Position numbers and translations under genes: made by a program. The notes under the pieces are model-generated. The model was given only the letters and a program-made list of their open reading frames with translations, had not been told where the DNA came from and did no database searches. Shown here in pieces: positions 43,574 to 60,838 of a stretch of 64,000 bases of DNA; position 1 is the first letter of the stretch; every line of letters starts with the position of its first letter. This DNA is from the human T2T-CHM13v2.0 reference genome, Homo sapiens: NCBI RefSeq assembly GCF_009914755.1, contig NC_060928.1, one strand, 5' to 3'.

Positions 43574-46513
43574 ACCTAACACATTCTTAAACAGAATCTA
43601 TAATTCACAGCCTGCAGAAGTTGATAAATGTGTCTGTGCAGTTTTGTGAAGAATATATGCCATTTGAAATAGCTGAATGAAAATTAGGTTGATGACGCTC
43701 TCCAGCTATCAGTAGTTCACTAGAGAATATCAGACTGGCTGCAAATATGTCAATATTTTATTAAATACTTTTATGAAATGCATATATACTAATTTTATTT
43801 CCACACTTTTTTATCTAAAAGATAGCTTTCAGAAAGAATGCATTGAAATTACCAGAAGTTAGCTAACCATATCTATTTAATCTCATACACAAGATTAAAA
43901 CACCAAGACTATAATCATATAGAAATAAAATATGCTGTTTGTGTTTTTATTCTTTATGCATGGCCTAAAGTGTAAGCAGTTTTGAGTGATCACTGGTTCC
44001 AAGACGATATGCTTCAGTTACTTTACACAGTTTCATTCATATAATATTCATTAATTTAAAATGCTAACAATAACAGTTACAGTTCTCAAATGGCATTCTG
44101 TAAGGACACAGATTTTGATTGTAGTAGTGAACATTTATTTGGGTTCACACAGATTTTCATTCTTACTTTCTGTTTCATGTCAGATTTTCCCTCCTTCGGT
44201 TATCCACGCACTGATTGACATCTTATAGCTTTTCTCACATTTTAATCTCTGTTAGTAAAACTCAATTTTCTGTTGAGATATTTGTTGAACTATTACTATA
44301 TTTTGATACTCTGTCAGTATAATATTCAAACTTAAATTTTTTGACCCCTCAAAATTTGTATATATTGATATGAGTTGTCAGTACATGATGGGTTTTAAAT
44401 TAATTTTTGCTTATCAGTCTTGACTCCACTACAATGATGACATCCTCTAGAGCAATAAACATAACTAAGATAATGGGCTATTAAATAAAATGAGTCTTTA
44501 TGGGTACGAGTAAAATCTTGTTCTTATGTATATTTAAAAGGGATAATTTAAGTAATCATGCGCCTGAAATTGTGTAATGACACACTTTTGTGAAAGGTCC
44601 TAACTTATCTCCCATGTTCCTTTGTATGATGTGTGTTAAGTTCTAAATTAACATGTCAGAAGTTAAGTAGTTCCTGATTTAATTACTCTCATTTCTTAAT
44701 CACAGTACCTTGAGCACAACAAAAGTGTTATCAATAATACCATAGGGAAATAATAAGAATTTGCAATAAACCAATTAAGCGATGAATTTTACCCAAGAAA
44801 GTGATGAAGGATTTGAATTGGTAAACAAAGCTTGTAGATATATGTATACTTTTTCTGTTTAACATCCTTACTATTGCATCTGAAGTAGAAATAATAAGAT
44901 TTTGGTCTTAACTACATTTTTGCCCTCCATTAAGATGAAAATTTTGAGAAAATAGTTAAAAATGTGACTGCCCCTACTCTAAAGAAGCATCTTTTGAGTA
45001 GCCAATGCGGCATCATTTTATAAGCTTCTTTCTCACCTCTTTCTTTTATTTGTCTTACAAAATTTTTTCATGACTTTCTCATACATCCAGGTACTACAGT
45101 TCTAAGGCTAACCCATGTTATCATTGAAGAGAATTTGACAAATATCTTATGCAGGTTATGTGGAGAACTCTTATCTTGGGAGGTGCCATCAAAGAGCACA
45201 GAGTGTGGTTGGGATAGGAGCATTAAGGAAGTCCTGGCTAAAGAATAGTCCTTTGCATTTTTCTGCATATTTACCAAAAAGAAACTCAGATTTTTCAGAT
45301 AGTATGGAAAATACACTCTTCTGCTTAAAGTTGAAAAACAATGTAGGCAGGTGAAAACCCTCTTATTCTAGTGAACTGCATTAATGATTTTTACAAGAAA
45401 CAACAGAATCTAAAGAACAGAGTGGAGGATTTTGGCAATATCTAAAATGAAGCAATGGATACAAATAAGCATTACATCAATGCCTAATGAGAAACAAGCA
45501 GAGTTATTTCTCTACAATTAAAAATTAGTAAATAAAAATTTATCAAAATGGGACTTATAAATTAGTCCCATTTTGGTGTTTGAAAGGAAGTATTACAATG
45601 AAGACTGAAATGGAAAACACACATTCAAAAATAAAAATATATATATATATATGTTTATATTTTACATATACAATCTATTTTATTTTCCCACGTAGGACAA
45701 AAAAGGTATGGCCTCTACGAAACAAGGCAAGGACAAAATGAGTGAATAATAGGATATATCCAACCAAGGAGGGAAGCAAAAAGAAAAGTATCTGGGAAAA
45801 TAAATTGTTGCAGGAAACAAAAAATAAAACAAAATAATATCCACATAGAAGTGGGATAAAACAGATTAACACTGCAGAAATTTTCATCAAATGTATAAGG
45901 GATGGAGTCGGGATATATTTCCAAATGTAGAATGTAAGAGCAAATGAACAACTAAAATGAAAATGACAGGTAATGGAAAACAGGAAATAATTTCATTCTA
46001 TTAATTTAAGAATGACATCTTAAATATCAAATAAAATACAAATAATAAATAAAAATTAATAATATGATGGAAGATGTCCTTTACCAAAATAGAAATACTT
46101 TATTTAGACCAAAACAGTTCAAAATTTTCTGGGCAAAAAATAATAAAGAGATTTATATACATTTAAAGCTATAATTATGAAAACTTTTCCTAATAAACAT
46201 GCAGATGAAAAAGGGTTTAGAAATGAAGACCAAAGAAATTATGCTGTCAGGTATGCAATAGAGACAGTATGTCTAAAAATAAACAAGCAATAACAAGAAA
46301 CAGGTAAGATATAGACCTCGAAAATTAAACTCCAGAAGGCAAAGACCCAATAACTCTAAAGATTACAAGATAAAAGCAAATAACCCAAGAACGTTCTGTG
46401 GAGTCTTCTTTCATTTTAAAGGCAGCATATGTAAATTATACAGCTAAAGGCTCAGAAATATGCAATGGAAGAATTTTTCCTGATAAAATGTAACTAACTT
46501 GCAAAGAAACAAG

Positions 46514-46592
46514 TTTTTGTGACTGGCTTATTTTATTAGCATAATGTCCACATGATTCATCCATGTTGTAGCATGTGTCAGAATTTCCTTCC
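46514..46592 (-). mobile_element. L1MB-like 3'UTR fragment
   Basis: 'ttgtgactggcttattt..ttagcataatgtcc..ttcatccatgttgtagcatgtgtcagaatttccttcctt'. Confidence 0.7.
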
Positions 46593-49960
<3,368 letters not shown>

Positions 49961-52900
49961 TGGTTGTTATTATTTTCTTTTGCATTTGCTAAGAAGTGTT
50001 TTACTTCCAATTATGTGATTGATTTTAGAGTATATGCCATGTGGCAGTGAGAAAAATGTATATTCTGTTCTTTTGAGTGGAGAATTCTGTAGATGTTTAT
50101 CAGGTTCATTTGATATAGTGCTGAATTCAGGTACTGAATACCTTAGTTAATTTTCTCTCTTGATGATTTGTCTAATATTGTCAGTGCGGTATTAATGTCT
50201 TTCACTACTATTTTGTGAGAGTGTCTTTCTCTGCGAAGGTCTCTAAGAACTTCTTTATAAATCTGGATGCTCTTTCCTTGGGTGCATATATCTGTAGGAT
50301 AGTTCAATTTTTTATTGAGTTAGACCCTTTATCAGTATATGATTTTTTGTCTTTTTTAAAAATCTTTGTTGGTTTATAGTCTGTTTTGGTCAGAAAATTG
50401 GATTGAAAACCCTGCTTTTTTCTGTTTTCCATTTTCTTGGTAGATTTTTCTCCATTTCTTTATTTCAAGCCTATGTGTGTCATTACATGAGAATGGTCTC
50501 TTGCAGACAGCATACCACTGGGTTTGGGTTCTTTATCCAGATTGCCACTCTATGTATCTTAAATTGATATTTAACCCATTTACATTTATGGTTAGTATTG
50601 ATATGTGTGGATTTAATTCTGTCATCATGATACTGCCTGGCTATTTTGCAGACCTGTTTATGTGGTTGCTTTATAGTGCCACTGGTCTGTGTACTTCAGC
50701 GACTTTTTATAGTTGCTGATAACAATCGTTCCCTTCCATATTTAGTGCTTCTTAAAGGAGTTCTTGTAAGGCAGGTCTGGTGATTACAAATTCCCTCAGC
50801 ATTTGTTTGTTGGAAAATAACCTTATTTCCCCTTCACTTATGAAGCTTAGTTTGGCTGGATATGAAATTCTGGGTTGGAATTTTTTTTTCTTTAAGAATG
50901 TTGAATATTGACCCTCAATCTCTTCTGGCCTGTAGGGTTTCATCTGAAAGTTCCACTGTTAGTCTAATGGGCTTCTGTTTGTAGGTGATCTGACCTTTCT
51001 CTCTAGCTACCTTTAACAGTATTTTTCTTTCAGTTTTATGTGGGAGAATCTGATAATTATGTGGCTTGCAGATGATATTCTTGTGAGTTATCTTACTGGG
51101 GTTCTCTGTATTTCCTGAAATTAAATGTTGGCCTAAGTTGAGGAAGTTCTCATAAATGATATCCTGAAATATGTTTTTCAGATTGGTTCCATTTTTCCCA
51201 TCTCTTTCAGGGACACCAATCAGCCATAGATTTCATCTATTTACATAATCACACATTCTCAGAGGTTCAGTTCATTTCTATTCATTCTTTCCTGCCAAAT
51301 TTCAGAAAGCCAGTCTTCAAGCTCTGAGATTCTTTCCTCCACTTGGTCTATTTTGCTTTTAATACTTGTGATTGCATTATTAAATCCTCGCAGTGTGTTT
51401 TTCACCTATATCCGGTCAGTTACATCCTTCTCTGTACTGTTTGTCAGCTCGTGACATTTTTTTATCATGATTTTTAGCTTCCTTGTATTGGGTTACAACA
51501 TATTCCTGGAGCTCAATGAGCTTTATTGCTATCCATATTCCGAATTCTGTTTATCTCATTTTAGCTATTTCAGCCTCAGCTTCGTTCCGAACACTTGCTG
51601 TAGTTGTAACACAATCATATGGAAGAAAAAAGGCACTCTGGCCTTTTGAGTTTTCAGCATTCTTGTGATGAATTTTTCTTATTTTTGTGGGCTTATCTAC
51701 CTTCAATCTTTGAGGTTGCTGACCTTTGGATAGGTTTTTCTTTCCTTTATCCTATTTGATAACCTTGAGAGTTTAATTGTAGTATAGGGTAGATTCAGCC
51801 AACTGGCTTTATTTCTGGGAGATTTTAGGGGTCCAACTCTCAGCTTCCAACTCTCTGAATGTGTGCTCTACGTCTGTGGAACTTGTATTGGGCCCTGAAT
51901 TGATTCTCTGGCTCCCTGATGTTTGAAGTCCACTGTGCTGGGGAGCCGAGGAATGGCAGCTGCATTCGAGTGTTAGTGAATGAAGAGGTGCCTGCTTCCC
52001 TGTGGTGTTCTGCACAGTGGCAGATACAAGGCAGCTGGGAGTGGGGAGTGGGTGCCCCTGCTAGAGACTGAGTTCTGTTGCAATGGAGGTGGTGTTGGCT
52101 TGGGGTGGGGTGCTGGCCAGTGCAGACCTGGGTGCCTTCTCTGTTTCCCAAAAGCAGGAGTGATCACTCAAGGTATGGGAGGATTCCCTGTTCTCTGCAC
52201 AGCCTTAGCCCAAGGGTGGACCACTGGTGGGGGTGGGGCTTGCTGGCTCTGTGCCCACCAAAGACTCTGCCTGCAATGCCAGTTGGTGGGGGATGAAGAG
52301 CATACTGAATTCCCAAGTCCTGGAGGAGCAAGTAAAGCAAAACCTGTCTGTGCAGACACTCACTGGCAAAGTGATGTGGGGAGTTGCCCTGGGCTCCAGG
52401 GAGGCTACAGTATAGGGCTGGTGTGCAGCCATGTGGTCTCCCTTGCTGCAGCTCTCCACTGATCAGGCAAGGTCCACCAGGCATGGAAGCTGTGGTGTGG
52501 GCTCCAGGGCACCTCAGACTTCCCTGTAAGAAGGCATGGCTAGGCTGGGGCCCCAGGATTGGTAAACAGACCAAGGAGTTCTCCGGTCAGAACAACCCCA
52601 TCTGATGTACAACACCACCCTGCAGAGATTAGGTCTGACGGTTCCCCTAGGGCTAACGTCTCTTATGGGAACAAGTTGAGCCTAGGGAGACACCCATCCC
52701 CAGCCATGCTCCATTGCAGGCACTCTTACACCAAACCTCCTGGGCTGCACATCAGCTGGTTTCCTGCCCTACCACTTCTCTAAGCAGCTCTCCCTGCCGC
52801 CTCAAGTGCCTGTAGTGGTTGAGTAGTCCCTTCAGGCTGAGGTTCCAGAGTCATGTGGGGAGAGCAGGTTGTTCTTTATCAGTTCAACTCACCAGTTCTC

Positions 52901-53104
52901 CCAGAGCTGTTACACTTCATAAAAGAGTCCTAGTGTGCAATAGCCCATGCAGGGTTCCCAGCTTTATCTCCCTTCAGCTCAGCTTCTTTGTCTTCCCTTT
53001 GTCCACTCTCAGCACCTTCCCTCTGAAGATCTGTTAAAAGCACACCAGTCATCTCAGTCCCTCCATGGGAGCTGTTCCACTTGTCTGCAACTAGTCAGCC
53101 ATCT
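49961..53104 (-). mobile_element. Older L1PA13-16-like 5' half (ORF2 endonuclease region, ORF1, GC-rich 5'UTR), colinear with the preceding segment
   Basis: ORF1 remnant FQPRISYPAKLSFISEGEI..LREFVITRPALQELL; inter-ORF region 'tgtggttgctttatagtgccactggtctgtgtacttca'; 5' end 'ctagtcagccatct'. Confidence 0.8.
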
Positions 53105-54415
53105 CCATTCATGTTATCTCTGTAATATTTCTTAAAACTGTACACAAACCAGGGAAACATGTTGTCTCAGAAAGGTTGGCCTAGGCCTGGTGACCCAAGT
53201 CACCCAGGACCAGTACAATTGGGAACATGGGCAGCATGGCTGCCATTGCTGCAGAAAAAGTCCTAGAATTTGGAGCATTCAGGAACAGGCCAATAACGTG
53301 TTGCTTCACCACTAGGAAGCCTCCGGGCATTCCTGTCCAGGGATAATCTTTTATTCATAAGATGACTAATGTGGAGGCATTGGATCCTATCTCAGTTCGG
53401 AGCCCATAAGAAATTGGTTTAGGAATTATGCAGATGCACTAGCCCTTTATCTTGAGAATTTAGAGAATAGTTTCAAAAAGAATCAAATGGCCAGCGAGTG
53501 TAACGAAGGCAAATTCACTCAACATTCATTCCTTATTTTAAAAAAGTCAATTTATTCAATATAAATGTCATAAAGTCCTAATTTGTGTTGAGCACATAAT
53601 TCTTCTGGGGCCTCTAAAAAATGCAAAGCACAAAATATATGATGGCAATGCAGAAGTGCAGAGGAAGCAGAAGAGTGAAAGTATTTGCCACAGTAAACTA
53701 AGGTAAATTTTTAAAAAATCTTCATTATATTGTTAGTGAATTGCAAGAAAACATGGACTCTATGAATTAATAGATGCAGAGTACAATGTTCAGTAAGAGA
53801 TTTAAAAAGATAATGAGACATAGAGAAAAAATTAAATGTTAGAATGGGCTAGAATACATAGCAATAAATCTAAAAATACAACAAAAAATTGAAACCTATT
53901 ATTAAAAATAAATTTATGAATTAAGATCTTACAAACTCAAATTAAAGAACAAAATAGAACAATTCTCAATATGTTATGAAATATGACAAAAGGAAGAAAA
54001 AGGCCACAAATTATAGTGAAAAATGGAATATAGAAAATGAAAATTCAAGGTAATATACAGGTCACTGATGTTCATTTGTTCATGGGGCCTTTAATTATTT
54101 TTTACCAGGCCCTATGCTGATCAATATAGATACATCAATAAACTAAACAAGAATAGTTCTAATCTTTCAGAAACATATATTTGTGTGGCATACAGTAATA
54201 ATAACAATTATTATTACTTTAATGAAATAAATATAAATTTAGAAAAGTGCTATTTTGTCAGAGTTTCTATCTAATTTAATCAGAAAATAGTTTATCATGG
54301 GTTAATAAGAAGTTGAAGAATCACTGCAAGGCCTAAAGAAAGCAACTCCAAATTGAATTTTAGGAAAGACTCGCTAATTTATACTGCAAAGCTGAGAACC
54401 CAAGGGGAACGCTGC

Positions 54416-54836
54416 CTTAGTGGATTGAATAGTGGCCTCCAAAAGGAAATCTCTACATCCTGGAAATTGTGAACGCAATTTTGAGAAAAAGTGTTTGTTT
54501 ATGTGGTTAATTTAAATATCTTAAAATGAGATTATCTTGAATTATCTGGATGAGCTCTAAACCCAGTGACAAGTGTCATGAGAGACACAGAAGAGAAGTT
54601 TACCTGAAGACTCAGACAGAGATTGGAGTGGTGCAGCCACAAGAAATGCTGCCAGCCACCAGAAGCTGGAAGAGACAGGGAATAGATTATCCTCTGGAAT
54701 CTTTGGAGGAAGAATAGTCTTGCCTCTACTTAATTTTGGAGATCTGACTTTCAGAACTGTGAGAAAATAAATTTCTGTTGTTTTAAGCTACCAAATTTAT
54801 GGTAATTTGTTTAGGTAGCCCTAAAAAACAGATACA
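54416..54836 (+). mobile_element. MLT1C-like MaLR solo LTR
   Basis: 'gtggattgaatagtggcctccaaaa', 'cagagattggagtggtgcagccacaag', 'cagccaccagaagctggaagag', 'cagaactgtgagaaaataaatttctgttgttttaagc..gataca'. Confidence 0.85.
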
Positions 54837-55281
54837 TTGTCTTTTCTAGGATTAGGAAACCACATAGCAAACTGCCTCTACAGCTGCTGGCTCCACAGGA
54901 TACCACAATGAGCATCTCCCACAATCAAGAGACCTGCTATAGCCAAGGGGCACTATCTCTGCTGCTGTCTGCAGAATCAGCCTACATTAGCTAGAAATGG
55001 ATGATGATTACCAGTAAACATATCCATGGTAGTTCTATGAAAGAAGCAATCAGAAGCAGATTGAGATAGAGAGTTACAGAATGAGGCTAGAGGTATGGGC
55101 CTGAATGAAAACAACTTGCAGGATGGATGAGAAAGTATTTTCTGAGAATAAGACATTGTGTTTAAAATTTGAGAATGTGAGAAGAAATGTAAAACAATAT
55201 TTTTAAACCCAAGAGAGAACTGAATCTGCAGAGCCAAAGGAATAAAAAAATACCAGGGGGAATAAAGAATAGATAATAATT

Positions 55282-55597
55282 TCCTATGGTTTAAATTTCT
55301 GTCCCCATAAAAACACATGTGGAAATTTAATTCCCATTGTAATCATTAAGAGGTGATTAGGTTATGAGGGCTCCACCCTCATGGATGGAACTGGTGCTTT
55401 TATAATAGTAAAAGTTCCCTGTGGCCCTCTCTTTGCTCTGTCATCTTCTGCCATGTGATTACACAGCAAGAAGGCCCTTACTGAATTCCGGTCTTAGACT
55501 TCCCAATACCTATAACTGTGAGAAAATAAATTTCTGTTCATTATAAATTACTCAATCTGCGGTAGTCTATTGTGGCAGCACAAAATGGATGAAGATA
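55282..55597 (+). mobile_element. MST-family (MSTB/MSTC-like) solo LTR
   Basis: 'ctatggtttaaat..gtcccc', 'aggtgattaggttatgagggctccaccctcatg', 'aataaatttctgttcattataaattac..gcagcacaaaatgga'. Confidence 0.85.
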
Positions 55598-56003
55598 TCA
55601 TTAAAAGATATACTGGTGGAGATTTTTAATTGTAGGGATTCTTTTAAGAAGATAGGGTTTCTAATGATAGGTAGGCAGTAAAAATAAAGATGTATATAAA
55701 GAATAACATGTATGGTATATTTAATGGCAAAGAAAAATATATAATCAACCAATGCATTGCTTCCTATATTGAGATAGATTTGATATCCCTCTCCAAAAAA
55801 TATATATATTTTACATAAGTAAATACACATATGTTATATATATACGTATATATATAATATTTTTTATATAGTCAACAGAACACAATAGTATGTTTAGTGA
55901 CATAGGCAATTTATATTCTGGCTTAAAATTTATGTATCTTCACAAATTAAAAACATTTTGCAGGCTGGCATTCTGAGTAAAACTATCATTGTGATTATAA
56001 TCA

Positions 56004-56640
56004 CAAAACAAAAACAAGGATGCTCACTTTCACCATTGTTATTGAACATAGTACTTGAAGTCCTAGCTAGAGCAATTAGACAAGATAAAGAAATAAAGGG
56101 CATCCAAATTGGAAAGGAAGAAGTCAATTTATCCTTCTTTGCAGATGTCATAATCTTATATTTAGAAAAACATCAAGACTCCACCAAAAATAAATAAATA
56201 AATAAATGCCAGAACTGACAAATTCAGTAAATGTGCGGGATACAAAATTAGCACACAAAAATCATTAACATTTCTATATTCCAACATTGAACAATCTGAA
56301 AAAGAAATAATAAAATAATCCCATTTACAATAGCTACAAATAAAATTAAGTACCTAGGAATTAACCAGAAGTGAAAGATTGCCACAATGAAAACTCTAAA
56401 GCACTGATAAAAGAAATTGAAGAAGACCCTGAAACATGGAAATGTATTTCAGATTCAATACAATCTCTATGAAAATACCAATGACATTCTTCACCTAAAT
56501 AAAAAAAAATTCTAAAATTTATATGGAACCACAAAAGAACCAGATTAGTCAAAGCTATCCTGAGCAAAAGAACAAAACTGGGTGGATCACATTATCTGAC
56601 TTCAAATTATGCTACAGAGCTATGGTAACCAAACAGCATA
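56004..56640 (+). mobile_element. L1MA-like ORF2 fragment with an internal deletion
   Basis: Peptide [52 protein letters not shown] (RT domain). Confidence 0.88.
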
Positions 56641-58249
56641 ATTTTTAGTTTGCTTGTTTGTTTGTTTGCTTTTGGTGAAAAGTATTAGATTTTAAACTTC
56701 CTGCTTTGACCTTTACTAGTTTTCTGTTTGTGCTACATAATTGACATTCTGAAATTTTTCTGAACCATGATCCAGGGAGTTCAGAATATTTTCTTTTTAC
56801 ATTCTCATGTGTAGTATTCTACTTATCCTAACCCAGCTCTCCTTGTCTTTGTGCACCTTATTTTTATATAGCAAAAGATTTCCATGAACTTCTTGAGACA
56901 ATGCTTATGGGAGGCAATTTTTAAGCTTTATGAAGGTATTGAAGGAGAGGGTTTTGCAAAATGTTCAGAAGCTCTTTTTTGTGCATGTTAAGTTTATGAT
57001 GCATTTTTGATATTCTGATGGATATATTGAGTAGATAATGGCTTATTCAATTCTAGAATACAGAGGAAATGTTTGAGTTATAGTTAATATATGGGCGACA
57101 TTTATATATTTATGTAAATTATAGCCTCATGACTGGACAAAATGACAAAGATGTGTAAAGAAAAAGAAAGATAATAAATCTACTATCTAAATGGGGCATT
57201 TAGACATAAAGAATGGGGACGATAGAAACAAGCAAAAAAATTTGTAAAGTATTAACCAGTGTGGAAAATAGAGAGAACTGTATGCACTGGAAACCAGAGT
57301 TTAAAAGGAAGCAATTATTTGTAGATTATTATTTTTAGCAATTAAAAGACCTCTTCTAGACCTGTGGAGTACAGTTGAATTCACACTCAAAAACTCTCTG
57401 TTCATTCAGAACAGCAAACGTGAAGCATAAAAAAATCAATTCTCAAACAAAATACCTATATCTTAGTAGAATAGAAACAGATAAATAAACAGAAAACAAA
57501 GACTGAAGCCATGGGCTTGCTCAATTTAGATCCTGAAACAGGCAGAGGTTGTAAAATATGTTTAAAATGTTTGTGGAAAAGAAGACAAAGTGTACTGGCA
57601 CAGAACTGGGAGCCATTAGATGACTCACTGCTTAAAGACAACGGTCTTTTGAACTCATTAGATAGATCCTTAAAAAGGCTGTTAAACTGTTCATTGGAAT
57701 CTAAAAAAGTCATGGAAAAAACAACAGTCTGGCTTCTAGGGGCCAATTGAACTTCTGTGTGAGATAGAGCCTGTCATATTTTACACCTGCAAATGCTAAA
57801 GAGAAAAAGATGAGTAGAGTAAAAATAAAGAGAGTTTTAAAAAACACAAGGTTTGCATTGCAAAATATCAAAACACAGAAATCAATGGTAGCCAACAAAT
57901 TAAAAAATCAGAGATACCATGTTTTCAAACAAAATTTCTAAATTATATTCCATCAAAGATTTTATAATAAACATATGGGACATGTTCCATTATTACAAAT
58001 TTTAAAAGCATAGCATGTATTTTTTAAAAGATCATAAAATAAAAACAGGGAGAAAAAAATAATATCTAATACATGTGTAAAAAAGAGGTGATACCCGCTT
58101 TGGAAATAAAATGTATAGTCATAAAATAAGAAATGCAAGAGATAAAATGAACTCTACACTTTACGCATAAAACAACAAAATAATCAGTTAGAAGAAGCTC
58201 AGCCAGATGCATGTATATAAAAATATGAACATTCACATAAGAGGCATGA

Positions 58250-59360
58250 AGTTGATTAACTCAATATTCTTTTAGTGGAAGTTTCAAATGAATAAACTGT
58301 AGGAGATGAGATAACAGCAATACCTGAAAATATATTTGCAAAAAATTTTCTAGAATCAAATCAAGAAATCAGTCTCAGGTTGAGCAAGATAAAAAATAAT
58401 AATATCATGCCAAACAAATTTTATTAAAACTACAGAATGTCCAAGATAAAGAAAACAATTTAAAAGCTGTCCAAAAAGAACAGATTATATACAAATAATG
58501 AAGGAATAATGCTTCCTTCTCAGCAGCCATTGAGGTAGATAAAAGACATGGCAGTAATATCTTCAAAGGGTTGTGGAATTCTTAAACACAGCCAAATTAA
58601 TGTTCAAGATAGGGGCAAAATAAAGATACCTTCAGACTTACTAAAGACCAACAACGATTATAAATCCCAGATTTTTATTAAAATTTATATTAAAAGGCGT
58701 TATTACTAAATACAAATTCGAACACAGAGAGAATACATAATATACAAGAAACACAGTTACCCCATAATTTGATGAAGTTGATAAATGTAATTACCTATTG
58801 ATATAATTTGCATACATATTTTTAAAGGAATATGACTAACACAAATGATCAAGATAAAATATTAAAAGATAATGACAAAAGTAAATGGACAGTGTATCCA
58901 AATGGTATTTTAAGATTGTGAAATTTCTCAAGATGACTCAGAAGATGATTTGAAATGCTAAGTGGCACTTCAGTTAAAGTTTTCAGCATAAGGCTAAAGA
59001 AAAAATTATCTAACTAGAAAAATATTTACCAAAAATAACATCAACAGCCAATTTTTGAAAAACTGTGGTAACAATATTGGCATAAGTGAAAAAGATTTTA
59101 AAGCAAAAAGGAATAATTAGAAATAAAAAAAGGAACATAATACAATAATTAAAGAGAAGCCCAATAAAATGCTATAGTGATCATATATTGGTATGTTCCT
59201 GATGGTATAGTTTCAAAATATAAAAAGTGAGAAATGGGAATTTTCAGAAGTTGACAAATGGATAAACATAATAAAAATTCTATGGTAATAGTCTAAGTAA
59301 TTTAATTGATAAAACAAAGACGATTTAGAAATAGGAGCTTTGAATACAAACCTTAATTAA
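58250..59360 (+). mobile_element. Very old L1ME-like ORF1 C-terminus and ORF2 endonuclease remnants
   Basis: 'aaaattttctagaat', 'aaaactacagaatgtccaagataaaga', 'cttctcagcagcca..ggcagtaatatcttcaaag', 'agattttaaagcaaaaa..ttagaaataaa'. Confidence 0.5.
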
Positions 59361-60649
59361 CAATTTAAAAGATGCATAACGTGTGATCCCTAGTGTATAC
59401 ATGTATACATACATACGTATATATATATAGCCCCTTTATATAGTGGCTATATATTATCACTTGTTAAATTGTTAATTAAATTTGATATTTGTGATGTTAT
59501 GTATAAATGCATAAAGATATATTAATACACATACAAACATACATGTATAAACATACTAATATATCCTTACAAACATATACATAATGAGCTTACATATAAT
59601 ATACATTGTGTATACATGGTATATGCATACAGAAAATACTTGAGATTTACATTAAATTATGTATCGAATGAATATTGGTTCATTTTAAGAAGATTGTGAC
59701 TCCCATTAAAGAAATATTTGCCAATGAATGAATATAAATGGTCAAGCTTTTGTTTACAGGTTATTTTTAAGAACTACGTTAGATTTATTGTTGAATTGGT
59801 CTTGAAAAAGAACTTAAAATTCTTTGCTTCTGGTATTATAAAATCACAACCATTTCCTTTCTCATTTCTGCACAGTCTGTCTCACTTTATGACATGTCTT
59901 CATTCTGACCAAGCTATTCATTTATCTTTCAAATTTGTTATTCTATAAATCAATATCACTGCTGTGTCTGTAAGGTCCTCATTTCATTTCCAGCTCCTTA
60001 CCCATCATTTGACTTCCACTATTTCTTTGAGTTCTGGATCTGCCTCCCTTACCTGAAGAAAACTCCAATGACCTAATTTGAATTAACATGCCTTTTCCAA
60101 TCACCTGTTTCACTTAGTTGATTAAATGCTGTGGTTTATTAATATATATACTTATTGAAAAATTCCAAGTGAAATTATACGGTGTTGAATTATACAATGT
60201 TGAAAGCCTCTATGTGGTAACTACATATTACTTGTATACTTCAGACCCATGTATACATTCATATTCAGTGCAGGCACACAGAGTGGTGTTTCTTAAGGCC
60301 CAATGAACCCAAACCAATATATTAATAAGATTCTTTTTTATTGGAAAATTCTGAAATGTAACATATTGAATATGTGCCTTTCATTGAAATATAAAGGTTA
60401 AAATAATTTTTTTCAATATTTTTGCTCTAAGTCATAATTTTAATGTGAATATACTTGTGCCTATGCTTTTCAGGAATTCTAATTCACATTAATGTGAATT
60501 CAACTCACATTAATAATTTTCTTAAACACTGGAATTAATAAGTTATTAAAAATGTTTAGCAAACATCTCAAAATACTTAGTTATCAAGACCAATAATTCT
60601 AGGGACATTCTTGGTTGAATGAGTATGCACCACTTGTGACTCAGTAAAT

Positions 60650-60838
60650 GTATTTAGTAATCCCTAATATTATTGAGGTTTTACATCCTTAGCATATCTT
60701 ATTTTCTGATAACTCAATTTCTAAGAGATGTTAAGTAACATATTTTAGTAAACCACATAACTAATAATTGATAGAACAAGTGTGTGAATCCCAGCGATCT
60801 AGCCCAATAGATCCACTTTTAATCCCTACTCTATACTG
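60650..60838 (-). mobile_element. MIR SINE
   Basis: 'agagatgttaagtaac..cacataactaataattgatagaac..tgaatcccagcgatct..ctactctatactg'. Confidence 0.6.

Noticed and set aside
51809-53135. Many overlapping ORFs in a GC-rich block (possible gene or CpG island)
   Set aside because: This is the old L1 5'UTR. It is CpG-depleted, and the ORFs reflect low stop-codon density.
53700-54075. Possible HAL1/L1ME ORF1-like remnant, and a possible old LTR around the MLT1C (54255-55020)
   Set aside because: Resemblance is too weak to call by eye; needs a Dfam HMM search.
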